Assembly (NCBI GenBank): GCA_046758505.1
Contig: JBHIAH010000007.1
Location: forward strand, 1-64,000
Direction: 5' to 3'
Length of the DNA stretch: 64,000 bases
Origin: Candidatus Methylomirabilales bacterium
Lineage (GTDB): Bacteria; Methylomirabilota; Methylomirabilia; Methylomirabilales; CSP1-5
Positions within the stretch are counted from its first letter, which is position 1. The number at the start of each line of letters is the position of its first letter. Positions 1 to 10,068 of the stretch are shown one piece after another. Under the pieces are notes generated by a model. The model saw only the letters and a program-made list of their open reading frames with translations. It did no database searches and had not been told where the DNA came from. Both the position numbers and the translations under genes were made by a program.

Positions 1-44
1 CAACACCCAAGGAGGTCCAGCACAGCGAGGAAAGGAGAAGGCGG

Positions 45-467
45 ATGAAAGACACCATGCGGGAAGGTATCGAGTACGTCCACCGATATCGGGTCCCGGA
101 AAACAAGACGGTGCCATACATCTACCCCGAGGCGCACGTCTTCCAGGAAATGCCCAAGGTATTCGCCACCGGGTTTATGGTCGCCTTGATCGAGTGGGCG
201 TGCATCGAGGCGATGGCACCGCACATGGAACCGGGGCACGGGAGTGTGGGGACCCTCATCAACTTTACGCATTCGGCCGCAACGCCTCCCGGGATGGAGG
301 TTACTGTCCACGTTCGGTGTACTCGGGTAGACGGCCAGCGCACCACGTGGGAAATCGAGGCGAGGGACGAAGTCGAAGTGATCAGCACCGGGACGCATGA
401 GAGGTTTTCAATCGATTTCGCCCGGTTCAACGCCCGAGTAGCCAAAAAGGCAGCGGGCGCCAGATGA
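45..467 (+). CDS. Fluoroacetyl-CoA thioesterase (FlK)-like hotdog-fold thioesterase
   Basis: 140 aa; VFATGFMVALIEWAC and SVGTLINFTHSAATPPG carry the Thr/Glu/His motifs of the FlK family; RBS AAGGAG upstream. Confidence 0.85.
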   Translation: MKDTMREGIEYVHRYRVPENKTVPYIYPEAHVFQEMPKVFATGFMVALIEWACIEAMAPHMEPGHGSVGTLINFTHSAATPPGMEVTVHVRCTRVDGQRTTWEIEARDEVEVISTGTHERFSIDFARFNARVAKKAAGAR

Positions 468-489
468 AAAACCAAGGAAGGAGGGACCC

Positions 490-1377
490 GTGAGAATCGC
501 GATCACCACGCCGACCGGGAACATCGGCCGGAGACTGACGAATCTGTTGCTCGAGGAGGGGGGCCACGAGCTCATCCTCCTCGCGCGCCGTCCCGACAAG
601 CTGAAGCAGGAGCAGGCCAAAGGGGCGAAGGTCGTCCAGGGAATGCTTGAGGACGCCGCCTATGTGACAAAGGCAACCCAGGGCGCCGACGCGCTCTTCT
701 TCCTCTGCCCCCCCAACTTCGGCGTTTTAAACTACCGGGCCTACTACGGGGAGCTCGCCAAGGCCGGTGCCGATGCGGTGAAGGCCAACAGGATCAAGCA
801 CACCGTGCTCCTCTCCAGCATCGGGGCGCACTTGAGCGCAGGCACCGGACCCATCCTCGGCCTCCACGACGCCGAAAAGATCTTCGCCCAGGCCACGCAG
901 GGCCTGACCCACCTGCGCCCTACGTGGTTCATGGAGAACCACCTCTGGCATCTCGACTCCATCAAGAACATGAACAGCATCTTCTTGCCCGTGTCCGGTG
1001 ACGTCACGCTGCCCATGATCGCGACCGCGGACATCGCCGCGCGCGCAGCCCGCGTCATCACCGGCCCGGCGCCTTCCCAACCCCAGATCATCTCGCTCCT
1101 GGGTCCGAAAGACTACAGTTTTGACGAGTGCGCCGCGATCATCAGCCGGGGAATCGGCAAGGCAGTCCAGCACGTCCGGGTCGCGCCCGCGCAGGCGAAG
1201 GAGGCCCTCATCGGTATGGGTGCCACCGAGGGCGTGGCCGACGCGATGCTCGAGATGTACGCCGCGCTCCAGGCGGGCGAGATCGAAGAGGAAGTCGAGC
1301 GGTCGCCGGAGACGACGACGCCGACCACCTTCGAGACCTTCGTGCAGGAGGTGCTCGCGCCCGCGCTCACGGGCTAG
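490..1377 (+). CDS. NmrA-family NAD(P)-binding protein (atypical SDR)
   Basis: N-terminal TTPTGNIG Rossmann motif, LRPTWFMEN and MIATADIA motifs; GTG start after GGAGG. Confidence 0.85.
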   Translation: MRIAITTPTGNIGRRLTNLLLEEGGHELILLARRPDKLKQEQAKGAKVVQGMLEDAAYVTKATQGADALFFLCPPNFGVLNYRAYYGELAKAGADAVKANRIKHTVLLSSIGAHLSAGTGPILGLHDAEKIFAQATQGLTHLRPTWFMENHLWHLDSIKNMNSIFLPVSGDVTLPMIATADIAARAARVITGPAPSQPQIISLLGPKDYSFDECAAIISRGIGKAVQHVRVAPAQAKEALIGMGATEGVADAMLEMYAALQAGEIEEEVERSPETTTPTTFETFVQEVLAPALTG

Positions 1378-1634
1378 CACCCGGCCCCCGGAGCCCGAAC
1401 AAGGGTTATCTACTCGACCGAACGCTGTTCAGAAAAAGAAATGGCCCGGGGGACCTCTGTCGTCCCCCCGATGCCCTGATGCTTCCGGGTCCTCCCGTTC
1501 TCCTTTCACTCTTATCTCTCAGCTCTCGACTCTTTGCCCTCCGATTCGGCCATGCTCGCCGCAAGCTGTTTCTCGCGGGGCACCGCTATTCCTTTTGTCG
1601 CGCCAGGAACCCGAGACGGCCTCGCTTCACCGGT

Positions 1635-1663
1635 TTGACACTCACATTGCGAGCGCGTATAAT
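1635..1663 (+). promoter_or_regulatory. sigma70 promoter of the TA operon
   Basis: Perfect TTGACA-N17-TATAAT ending 21 nt before the ATG at 1685. Confidence 0.85.
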
Positions 1664-1684
1664 GCACGTGAGGGGGGAATATTG

Positions 1685-1879
1685 ATGTCTAAGGCACTGA
1701 AAGCACTCGAAAAGGGGGGCCTTGTCCATCTTGAGCGCCTTGCCTCCATCCTTCGGGGACTGACTCCCGAAGAACTGGGGACTCTGGAGCTGCTCCTTGA
1801 TCGGCAGGCGAGCGCAACGATTCACCGCGCCCTGAAGGAGCTGGACCGCGGCGAGGGAATCCCTCTTGAGAAGTGGTGA
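1685..1879 (+). CDS. Putative type II antitoxin (64 aa)
   Basis: MSKALKALEKGG...ALKELDRGEGIPLEKW; C-terminus typical of RelE/ParE partners; overlaps the toxin gene; consensus promoter and RBS. Confidence 0.7.
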   Translation: MSKALKALEKGGLVHLERLASILRGLTPEELGTLELLLDRQASATIHRALKELDRGEGIPLEKW

Positions 1880-2171
1880 GCCCTACGCTGTAGTCATTGC
1901 CCCCTCTGCCCACCGTCTTTACAAGAAATTCGACCCCGCCCTTCAGGAGCGCATCAAGGAAGAGGCTCGCAAAATCGCCCGATCACCGTACGCCACCCCG
2001 TCCCTCCATTCTCCTTTCCAAGGCCTGCGCTCCCATCACTTTCAATTTCACAAAGCCGAGTACCGGATCGCCTACCAAATCCGAGAGGATAAGCGGCAGG
2101 TAGAGATTGTCCTCGTGAAGAGCCGTGAACGCTTCTACGAGGTCCTCGCCCGGACCGTCCGACTCCGGTAG
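1866..2171 (+). CDS. RelE/ParE-family toxin
   Basis: About 100 aa, basic, with EYRIAYQI...VEIVLVKSRERFYE RelE-like C-terminus; start uncertain. Confidence 0.8.
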   Translation: MRSGEPYAVVIAPSAHRLYKKFDPALQERIKEEARKIARSPYATPSLHSPFQGLRSHHFQFHKAEYRIAYQIREDKRQVEIVLVKSRERFYEVLARTVRLR

Positions 2172-2282
2172 CGTTCTTAACAGAAAGCACCGGGGGGTGT
2201 TGAACCGCTCCCGGTGGCTGAATGCTTCAGCGAGAATCCGTGAGGGCACACGCCGTCTCATCAGACGACGCTGCTTCTCCTA

Positions 2283-2690
2283 CTACCGGCCGCCACGGCC
2301 CATGCCGCCGCCGCGCGGCCCCATCATGCCTCTGCCGGAACCCATGCCGCGACCGGGGCCCATGCCCATCCCCTGCCCGCGGTGCGGGCCGGGAGTCTCG
2401 GGCATGGTGATCCCGCGCTCGCGAGCCCGCTCGACCATCTTTTCGTGCCACTGCTCACGGTAGCGCTGCCGCTCCTCCGGGCTCAGACGCTGCATCGTCT
2501 GCCGGTGTGCCTGCCATTCCTCCCGGCTCATGAGCCGTCGCCCCATCCCCCGGCCGAGCCCAAAGGTGTCCTCCGCCTGCCGGCCCCACTGGGGTTGCGT
2601 CTGGGCCTCCGCGACCCTTGGGGGGACGGTCAAAGGAAGGGTAAACACTGATGCGACAGCCACCAATCCGATCGTACGCCTGAAGTCCAT
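2283..2690 (-). CDS. Secreted helical protein with Gly/Met/Arg-rich tail
   Basis: Signal peptide ending AEA, LMSREEWQAHRQTMQRLSPEERQRYR core, GMGMGPGRGMG tail; RBS AAGGAGG. Confidence 0.7.
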   Translation of the reverse strand: MDFRRTIGLVAVASVFTLPLTVPPRVAEAQTQPQWGRQAEDTFGLGRGMGRRLMSREEWQAHRQTMQRLSPEERQRYREQWHEKMVERARERGITMPETPGPHRGQGMGMGPGRGMGSGRGMMGPRGGGMGRGGR

Positions 2691-2975
2691 GGTAACCTCC
2701 TTCTCGCTTGTGTTCAGTCGGCCTCCCAATCATCTCTTTGTTATAGAGACACGACGTGCCGGGAAGGTTCCCATGGCCAAGAAGGGAGAGGACAGGACCT
2801 CGGAGGGCGAAGAATCGAAGCGTTACCGGCGGCTGAGGGAGACGAGGTCCCGAAGGGGATCAACTCTTTCATCGACACCAACTGATCTCGAGCGGCCCCA
2901 CCGCCGCCTCATTCCGAAAACACAAAGCACCGGGGGGCGTGTGGGGCCCGCCCGGTGCCTTCCCGCTGGCAGATC

Positions 2976-3407
2976 CTACCCTTCCCCTCCCGAACTCTTG
3001 GCGGCGGCGCGGCGGCCCACCGCCTCCCTGAAGCAGGCCACGACCTCGTCGATGGGCGTATCGGGGCCCAGGATCGCCGCGACCCCCATTCCCTTCAGGG
3101 CCTCGATCTCCTCGGGGTCGATGATCGTCCCGCCGCCGAGCAGGGGGATCTCTGCGGCCCCCTTTTCCTTCAGCAGCTCCAGGATCCGGGGAAAGATCGT
3201 CATGTGGGCGCCGGAGAGGAGGCTCACCCCGATGACGTCGACGTCCTCCTCGATGGCGGCCTGGACCACCTGCTCCGGGGTTTGATGCAGTCCGGTGTAG
3301 ACCACCTCCATGCCCGCATCCCTGAGCGCCCGGGCGATCACCTTGACCCCCCGGTCGTGCCCGTCCAGGCCGCACTTCGCCATCAGCACCCTGATCCGCT
3401 TTCCCAT
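2976..3407 (-). CDS. hcmB: B12-binding small subunit of acyl-CoA mutase (2-hydroxyisobutyryl-CoA mutase small subunit)
   Basis: [11 protein letters not shown] base-off/His-on motif, SLLSGAH, GGG; directly downstream of the large subunit. Confidence 0.75.
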   Translation of the reverse strand: MGKRIRVLMAKCGLDGHDRGVKVIARALRDAGMEVVYTGLHQTPEQVVQAAIEEDVDVIGVSLLSGAHMTIFPRILELLKEKGAAEIPLLGGGTIIDPEEIEALKGMGVAAILGPDTPIDEVVACFREAVGRRAAAKSSGGEG

Positions 3408-3438
3408 CTCGGCTCCGACCCGGAAAACCCGCACGCCC

Positions 3439-5121
3439 TCAGAAGACCGGGACCTCCGTATAGGTCCCCCAGATCTCCTGCAGGACCTTCACGATCTCCC
3501 CCGCCGTGGCGAAGGCCTTGACACATTCGATGGTGATCGGCATGAGATTCTCGTCCGTCCGGGCGACGTCTTGCAGCTCCCGCAGGAGCTTCTGGACCCT
3601 GGCATTGTCCCGCCCAGCCCGCACCCGTCGGAGCGACGCGATCTGCCGCTCCTCCACATCCGGGCTCACCCGATGCAGGTGCAAGGGACGATCCTCTTGC
3701 CCCTCCCGATACTTGTTCACCCCGACCACCACCCGCCTTCCCCGTTCCTTCTCCACCTGGTACGTGTAGGCGGCATCGGCGATCTCTTGCTGGAAGAAGT
3801 TCTTCTCCACGGCGGCCAGCGTCCCCCCGCACGCGTCGACCCGCGCGAGATACGCCCCCACCTCGGCCTCGATGCGATCCGTCAGGGCCTCGACCATGAA
3901 CGAGCCACCGAGGGGATCGATGCTGCTCGTCACCCCCGTCTCCTCCGCGATGATCTGCTGCGTCCGCAGCGCAATCCGCATGGCCTCCTCAGAGGGGATG
4001 GCCAAGGCCTCGTCCATCCCGTTGGCATGAAGCGACTGACATCCCCCCAGCACCGCCGCGAGCGCCTGAAGCGCCACGCGGACCGTATTGTTATACGGCT
4101 GGACGGCCGTCAGGGAGGCGCCGGACGTCTGGCAGTGAAAGCGGAGCCGCATCGACTCGGGCGTGCTCGCCCCAAAGCGGTCCTTCATGATCCGCGCCCA
4201 GGTCCGCCGGGCCGCCCGGAACTTGGCCACTTCTTCGAAGAAGTCGCTGTGCGAGATGAAGTAAAACGAAAGGCGGGGCGCAAAGGCATCCACCTCCATG
4301 CCGGTCTTGAGGACCTCCTCCACATAGGCGATCCCGGCGGCCACGGTAAAGGCCACCTCCTGCACGGCGGTGGCGCCCGCCTCGCGGATGTGGTAGCCGC
4401 TGATGTTGACCGGGTTGTACCGGGGCAGATGTCGCGCCCCGAACGTGATGGTGTCCCGGACGATCCGCATGGAGGGGCGGATGGGGAAGCACCACTCCTT
4501 CTGGGCGATGTACTCCTTGACGATATCGTTCTGAATGGTGCCCGACAGCCGATCGAACGAGATGCCCCGCTTCTCCGCCACCGCCAGATACATCGCCAAA
4601 AGGATCCAGGCGGTCGGGTTGATCGTCATGGAGACGCTGATGCTGCCGAGATCGATCCCGTCGAGCAGGACCTCCATGTCCGCAACCGTATCCACGGCCA
4701 CGCCTTCCCGCCCCACCTCGCCGAGGCTCTTGGGATCATCGCTGTCGTACCCCATGAGGGTCGGCATGTCGAAGTCGATGCTGAGGCCGGTCTGCCCCTG
4801 CGCGATGAGGAACTTGAAGCGCCGGTTCGTCTCCGCCGGCGTGCCAAAGCCGGCGATCTGGCGCATCGTCCAGGGTCTCGCCCGGTACATGGTGGGGTAC
4901 GGCCCGCGGGTAAAGGGGTAGCGGCCCGGGAAGCCCAGCTGTTCCCCGTAGCTCGCGCCCGCGAGGTCTACCGGGGTGTAGAGCCGCTCCACGCGCAGGC
5001 CCGACGGCGTACTGAACTCCGCCGCCTGCTCCGGGGCGCGTGCCTGAAAGGCCCTGAGCTCCTGGGTCTCCCACGACTCACGGTCCCGCCGAATCTCGTC
5101 CAGCCGCTCGTCATCGAACAT
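3439..5121 (-). CDS. hcmA: Acyl-CoA mutase large subunit with 2-hydroxyisobutyryl-CoA mutase signature
   Basis: 560 aa MCM-family barrel; WTMRQIAGF (Ile instead of the MCM Tyr) and [16 protein letters not shown] (Asp) match the HcmA specificity residues. Confidence 0.8.
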   Translation of the reverse strand: MFDDERLDEIRRDRESWETQELRAFQARAPEQAAEFSTPSGLRVERLYTPVDLAGASYGEQLGFPGRYPFTRGPYPTMYRARPWTMRQIAGFGTPAETNRRFKFLIAQGQTGLSIDFDMPTLMGYDSDDPKSLGEVGREGVAVDTVADMEVLLDGIDLGSISVSMTINPTAWILLAMYLAVAEKRGISFDRLSGTIQNDIVKEYIAQKEWCFPIRPSMRIVRDTITFGARHLPRYNPVNISGYHIREAGATAVQEVAFTVAAGIAYVEEVLKTGMEVDAFAPRLSFYFISHSDFFEEVAKFRAARRTWARIMKDRFGASTPESMRLRFHCQTSGASLTAVQPYNNTVRVALQALAAVLGGCQSLHANGMDEALAIPSEEAMRIALRTQQIIAEETGVTSSIDPLGGSFMVEALTDRIEAEVGAYLARVDACGGTLAAVEKNFFQQEIADAAYTYQVEKERGRRVVVGVNKYREGQEDRPLHLHRVSPDVEERQIASLRRVRAGRDNARVQKLLRELQDVARTDENLMPITIECVKAFATAGEIVKVLQEIWGTYTEVPVF

Positions 5122-5174
5122 GGCTCACCTCGCTCGGCCTCCCATCCCGCCGGTTCACGGATCCCGGTTCCCGA

Positions 5175-6605
5175 TTACCGCATCCGGGTGAATTCCTGAA
5201 AGAGCGCGCGGTTATCGACGACGCGCCGTGCCTTGAACTCGGTCCGCGGCAACTCCCCGGGGGCCGTCAGTTGGACCGCCGCCCGCACCCCGATCAGCGC
5301 CTTCAGCCGCTCCTCCATGTACCGCTTGAGCTTCGGAAGGCACTTGGGGTCTCGTCCGGCGCGCGCCGCCGTCTCCTGCGTGTACTCCGCCTGGACGACC
5401 AGTCGATCCATGTCCTCCTGTCGGGAGACGACCATGCGAAACTCCTCGCCGAACCCCGGGATGGTGCGCAGGACCTCCTCGATGGCGGACGGGTACACGT
5501 TGTGCCCCCGAATGATCACCATGTCGTCGACGCGGCCGTAGATCCCCTTGGGAAGCCGCGGATAGGTCCGCCCGCACTCGCAGGGCTCATCGGTCCAGGT
5601 CGCGAGGTCCCCCGACCAGTACCGAATCATGGGTTGCGAGGTACGCTCCAGATGCGTGTAGACCGGCACCCCCTCCCCCCCGAACGGGACCGGCTCCTGC
5701 GTCTTCGGATGGAGCAGCTCGCAGTAGACGATGTCCTGCCACAGATGCATCCCGTGGCGAAACTCGCACTCGCCGTTCGACATCCACGGGGTCATCTCGC
5801 CCATGGACCCGGAGTCGAGGCACTTCACCCCCCCGTAGGTCTCTTCGATCCGGTGCCTGGTGGAGGGGATGCCCGCCCCGGGCTCCCCCGAAAAAAACAT
5901 AATCCGAAAGCCGAAGTCCTTCGCGGGATCGATCCCCTCCTGTCGCGCGACCTCGGCCAGGTACAGCGCGTAGGACGGGGTCCCATAAAAGGCCGTCGGC
6001 TGAAAATCGCGCATGCACCGCACCGCCATCACCGTCTGACCGGCGACGCCGGCCCCGAGCGGGAACGAGGTCAGGCGGAGCCGCTCGGCGCCGACCAGGG
6101 CTCCCCAGCTCCCGATATAGAGGCTGAAGAAGGACCCGATGAAGAGGCTGTCCCCCGGGCGGAGCCCCATTCCCCACATCACCCGGGCATGCGCATTGGC
6201 GATCCGCCGCCAGTCATCCCACCCGATCCCGTAGGCGGTGGGCTTGCCCGTCGTCCCGGAGGTCCCGTGGATCCGGAAGACCTCCTGGGGGGGAATGCAC
6301 AGATAACTCCCGAAGGGGGGATGGACGTGCTGATCGTCGCGGATTTCCTGCTTGGTCAGGATGGGGACGCGGCAGAAGTCCTCCAGGGACGTGACGTCCC
6401 CCGGCTCGAGCCCCGCCGCCTTCCACTTCCGCCGATACAGGGGGGCATGGGCGTACGCATATACCATCTGCGCCCGGAGTCTCTGGAGGATGACGCCCCG
6501 GCGCGCCTCCGGATCCATGGTCTCGCGATCGCGGAACCAGTACCGCTCCCCGGGTTCCGGCAGATAGCGCTCGTCATAGACCGCGGGCCACCCTCCTGCC
6601 TCCAT
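5175..6605 (-). CDS. hcl: Phenylacetate-CoA ligase family protein, probable 2-hydroxyisobutyrate-CoA ligase
   Basis: HGTSGTTGKP AMP-binding motif; YDERYLP...YWF..RETM start, IANAHARVMWGMG and YTHLERTSQPMIR resemble HCL; adjacent to hcmAB. Confidence 0.75.
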   Translation of the reverse strand: MEAGGWPAVYDERYLPEPGERYWFRDRETMDPEARRGVILQRLRAQMVYAYAHAPLYRRKWKAAGLEPGDVTSLEDFCRVPILTKQEIRDDQHVHPPFGSYLCIPPQEVFRIHGTSGTTGKPTAYGIGWDDWRRIANAHARVMWGMGLRPGDSLFIGSFFSLYIGSWGALVGAERLRLTSFPLGAGVAGQTVMAVRCMRDFQPTAFYGTPSYALYLAEVARQEGIDPAKDFGFRIMFFSGEPGAGIPSTRHRIEETYGGVKCLDSGSMGEMTPWMSNGECEFRHGMHLWQDIVYCELLHPKTQEPVPFGGEGVPVYTHLERTSQPMIRYWSGDLATWTDEPCECGRTYPRLPKGIYGRVDDMVIIRGHNVYPSAIEEVLRTIPGFGEEFRMVVSRQEDMDRLVVQAEYTQETAARAGRDPKCLPKLKRYMEERLKALIGVRAAVQLTAPGELPRTEFKARRVVDNRALFQEFTRMR

Positions 6606-6719
6606 GGCTTCACCCTTCGCCCCGGTCCGGGCACGGTTTCACGCGGAAGCAAAAAGTGCTCGCATGCTAACATGCGCCCGGAGGGCTGTCAATTTGCCGA
6701 CGGGGAAGCCTGCGAGCCA

Positions 6720-7307
6720 TCACTGGCGGTTCAGGCGGTCGAACGCCTCTTTTGTGAGGGTGGCGATACAGGGGAGGTTCCGGTACTGCTGGCGGTAGTC
6801 GAGGCCGTAGCCGACCACGAACCGATCCGGGATCTCAAACCCCCGATAGGCGATGGGGAGCTCGACGATCCGGCGGGCTGGCTTATCCAGCAACACACAC
6901 ACGTTGAGGCTCGCGGGGGCCCGGGGCTCCAGGTTGCGCAGGAGGTAGCTCAGGGTGAGGCCGGTATCGATGACATCCTCGACGATGAGGACCTCCCGGC
7001 CTGCGATGCTCTCGTCGAGATCCTTGAGGATCTTGACCACGCCGACAGGCCTGGCATCGGGTCCGTAACTCGAGATGGCCATGAGATCGATGGTCACCGG
7101 TAACGTGATGGCCCGGCACAAGTCGGCGAGAAACATGAACCCGCCCCGGAGCACACTGATCAGGGTCAGCTCCCTACCCGCATAATCGCGCGAGATCTGT
7201 CCCCCCAGCTCTCGAACCTTCGTCTGCAGGTCTACTTCCGGGATCAGGATCTCGGCAATATCACCGGCCGCCCAGCGTGCGGCCTGCTCGAATCGCTCCC
7301 TTGACAC
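6720..7307 (-). CDS. hpt: Hypoxanthine phosphoribosyltransferase
   Basis: VLRGGFMFLADL, VLIVEDVIDTGLTL PRPP-binding motif, FVVGYGLDY..YRNLP. Confidence 0.95.
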   Translation of the reverse strand: MSRERFEQAARWAAGDIAEILIPEVDLQTKVRELGGQISRDYAGRELTLISVLRGGFMFLADLCRAITLPVTIDLMAISSYGPDARPVGVVKILKDLDESIAGREVLIVEDVIDTGLTLSYLLRNLEPRAPASLNVCVLLDKPARRIVELPIAYRGFEIPDRFVVGYGLDYRQQYRNLPCIATLTKEAFDRLNRQ

Positions 7308-7504
7308 GTCAGCACCCGCGGCTTATATTTTTTAGTGAGTCCCGAGAGGTCAATCCGATCTCGATACCGGATCTTTTGATCCGGGGGGGCCGGAAAACCC
7401 CGGTGCAGGATCGACAGGCTCTCTTTATGAAGTCGAAAGACGGAAGAGAGTCGGTCACGGGAACCGGCCACCGCAGGTGAAAGGTCGGGGGGGTCACTCG
7501 GGAC

Positions 7505-8068
7505 TCATTGTGTCGGGACAATCCCAAACCTCTCCAGCAGCTTTCGGTAATCCCGCCCGTACAAGACCTTCAAATTCACCGTCGGATAAAGCTCCCGGAG
7601 CCGTCGGATCTTTCGATTCTTTTTGGTGACCAGGTCCTGCTTGAGGGTCGTGAGTTCAATGTAGAGGTCGAACTGGGGAAGATAGAAATCGGGAGTGAAG
7701 CTCTCGGTCGCTTCCCCGCTGCCGTTCACCTCGAGGGGAAAGGTTTGCGGCTCGTACTGCCACTCGATCTGGTAAAAGTCCAGGATCCGGGCGAACTCCT
7801 CTTCGCTCGCGTTGGCAAAGGGGGCGCGCCCGGCAGGCGCCTCTCCCTCGCGCGCCGGACCCTCCTCCGCCCCATGGAGCATCTCTTGAAATCGATCGAG
7901 GAGGGTCATGGGGATCTCGAGCCGCTCCTCCCCCGGGACCCACTCACCCTCGGGCGTGCGCCGGAAGAGCTGGATGTCGATCCCCCCGTCGGTGAGGAAG
8001 ATGCGAAACTCCTCACCGGGACCTCGCTCCAGCCGCTCGATCGGCTCCCTACGGTCCTCGATCTGCAT
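7505..8068 (-). CDS. Protein with C-terminal PD-(D/E)XK nuclease-like domain and possible PC4-like N-terminus
   Basis: FANASEEEFARILDFYQIEWQYEP, FTPDFYLP..DLYIELTT motif; N-terminal IDIQLF...GEWVP...LEIP. Confidence 0.65.
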   Translation of the reverse strand: MQIEDRREPIERLERGPGEEFRIFLTDGGIDIQLFRRTPEGEWVPGEERLEIPMTLLDRFQEMLHGAEEGPAREGEAPAGRAPFANASEEEFARILDFYQIEWQYEPQTFPLEVNGSGEATESFTPDFYLPQFDLYIELTTLKQDLVTKKNRKIRRLRELYPTVNLKVLYGRDYRKLLERFGIVPTQ

Positions 8069-8071
8069 CCC

Positions 8072-8728
8072 CTACCGGCCCGTCCGGCGCGACGGCCGAC
8101 CACGTCGAGCCGGCGCGCCCACGACCCCACCCACCTCGGCGTTGAGAGGGACCCCCTTCCGACACAGGGGACACTCGTCACGCGGATACGTGGGGAAGTC
8201 CTGGTTCACCAGCGCAAAGAGGGGACACTGAAACTTCACCCCCCGGTTCCGGTTCCAGAGACTTCCAATCCCGACGACACGGCTGCCCCGGTCCTCCACG
8301 AGCCGGATCATGGCCCGAATCGTGGATCCGGTGGTCAGGATGTCCTCCACAATCAACGCGGAGCATCCGCGGTACACAAAGGGGGAAAACTCCCGGGGAA
8401 GCATCACCTCCGTCTTCCCCTCTCGGCCCTTGCCCTTCACCGCGTAGACCAGCTTGGGGTGGGAGGGATGCGCCCGGGCCACACAGTGCCCCAGAACGGT
8501 GGCGCCGATCCCTGACGTCAGCACCACATCCACCGGGGTGGCGGCAAAGTGCCCGGCGATGATGTCCCCCAGTCCCTCGGTAAAGGCCGGCTCCGTGATC
8601 ACCAACCGCTTCTCCACGTATTCCCGCGCGTGCCGACCCGACGAGATGACAAAGTGATCGTTAGTCAGGTACGCCCCGGTCCGCAGGATGATCCCGCGGC
8701 TAATCCGCTCGAGTACGTCTGCCTCCAT
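8072..8728 (-). CDS. pyrE: Orotate phosphoribosyltransferase-like type I PRTase
   Basis: HFVISSGRHAREYVEK, LIVEDILTTGSTI, C-terminal CPLCRKGVP; start set at MEADV after GAGGAG. Confidence 0.75.
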   Translation of the reverse strand: MEADVLERISRGIILRTGAYLTNDHFVISSGRHAREYVEKRLVITEPAFTEGLGDIIAGHFAATPVDVVLTSGIGATVLGHCVARAHPSHPKLVYAVKGKGREGKTEVMLPREFSPFVYRGCSALIVEDILTTGSTIRAMIRLVEDRGSRVVGIGSLWNRNRGVKFQCPLFALVNQDFPTYPRDECPLCRKGVPLNAEVGGVVGAPARRGRPSRRTGR

Positions 8729-8777
8729 AGGCCTCTCCTCCGTCGCGTCCATTTTCTTTCGGCCCACCTCCAAAAGC

Positions 8778-9755
8778 TCACAGATCCGCAGGATCGATGA
8801 AGACAGGTCCCTCCGTCTGCTCCCCTCCCTGTGGAAGGCCACGAACATACAGGGTCATCCCGACCCGCAAGGCCTCTCGGGGGATGAAGGCACTCACCGG
8901 ATCCCCCGGACCGTAGGGGAGGAGGAGGGTTCCTCCTCTCTTGGCGATCATGGCCTGGGCCGCGCCGAGTCCCTCCCGCAGCCGTTCGGGATTCCGCCAT
9001 CCGAGCGGATAGAGGAAGAAGGGACGGATGCGGGTCTCTGATGGCCGGCGCGGCAATGTCATCTGCATCACCGGGGAGTAGTCCCAGAGGCCGAAACAGA
9101 CGGTCCACGCTCCCTGGACCCGCTTGCCGTACAGCTCCCGCCACCCCAGCGGCGTCACCCGATCGAGCGTCTTATACAAGGTTCCTGCATCCCACGACGG
9201 CGTAAAATGGTACGGGCGGTAGGTCGCCTCCACGAGGGAGGCCACCTCCGCGCTTCGCCCCACAATTCGCTCGAACCCGAGCGGCTCTCTGGGAGCCGCC
9301 CCGGGGAGGAGCGCCAGGGCGCACCGCCGAAAGGGGACACTCCCCCGCCGCTCCACGAACAACTCCGATGGCCGGTTCCCTGCGATCACCCAGGAGTAGC
9401 CCGCGCTGACACCCGCATGGCGGATCGTGTTCCCGAGGACATCGGCGATCAGGCCCGCGACCCCGCGTCGGCGATGAGCCGGATCCACGCGAAGATCGTA
9501 GAAGTAGGCCCACCGATCGCTGATCCCCTCGACACGAAGGCTCTTGACGGTGACCCCCCCGACCCCGATGATCGTCCCCTCCTCCTCGGCCACACACAGG
9601 CGGAAATCCTGGTACGCCCGGGACCGGGCAAAAAAATCGGGGGATCGATCAAAGACGAGCTCGATCTCTCCCCCCATGACGCACCGTCGGTCCAGCTCGA
9701 TGAGGGCCTCGGTGTCCTCTTTCCGGGCATCCCGGATGATGATCTCAGAAGCCAA
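8778..9755 (-). CDS. GNAT-family N-acetyltransferase
   Basis: IIIRDA start, YFYDLRVDPAHRRRGVA acetyl-CoA motif A, GNRPS; TTG start uncertain. Confidence 0.8.
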   Translation of the reverse strand: MASEIIIRDARKEDTEALIELDRRCVMGGEIELVFDRSPDFFARSRAYQDFRLCVAEEEGTIIGVGGVTVKSLRVEGISDRWAYFYDLRVDPAHRRRGVAGLIADVLGNTIRHAGVSAGYSWVIAGNRPSELFVERRGSVPFRRCALALLPGAAPREPLGFERIVGRSAEVASLVEATYRPYHFTPSWDAGTLYKTLDRVTPLGWRELYGKRVQGAWTVCFGLWDYSPVMQMTLPRRPSETRIRPFFLYPLGWRNPERLREGLGAAQAMIAKRGGTLLLPYGPGDPVSAFIPREALRVGMTLYVRGLPQGGEQTEGPVFIDPADL

Positions 9756-10068
9756 CGGCCCTATCTTTGCCTCCCATCCGGCAGGCTTCCGTTGCGCCGG
9801 AAACCTCCACACCCTTTTCGTATCACAAGATAGCAGGAGGGTCAAGATCTCGAAGCCCGAGCGCCCCTCCAACTACTGAGCGATGACCGTTGACCGTTAT
9901 CCGATGACCGTAAGGAACCAAAACGTCCTTTTGCGGTCACCGGACTTCGGCGAGCTCAGTCGAGCCGTCATCGGTCGTCGGTCCACAGTGAGTATCAGGG
10001 GGCCTGCCCCCCCCTACCGGAAGTGCCCCACCAGGGTGGAGTGTGAGCGAGCAACAGTTGGTGCGGCA

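Noticed and set aside
2742..2771. ECF-like promoter GGAACC...TCTCTATA (minus) before the secreted protein at 2690
   Set aside because: Single instance whose -10 matches neither recurrent class; plausible but unsupported.
3439..5121. Methylmalonyl-CoA mutase or isobutyryl-CoA mutase
   Set aside because: The specificity position is Ile (RQIAGF), not Tyr or Phe.
3310..7103. Long plus-strand ORFs (629 and 610 aa) and similar antisense ORFs throughout the window
   Set aside because: Shadow frames of well-supported opposite-strand genes, typical of high-GC DNA; no recognisable motifs.
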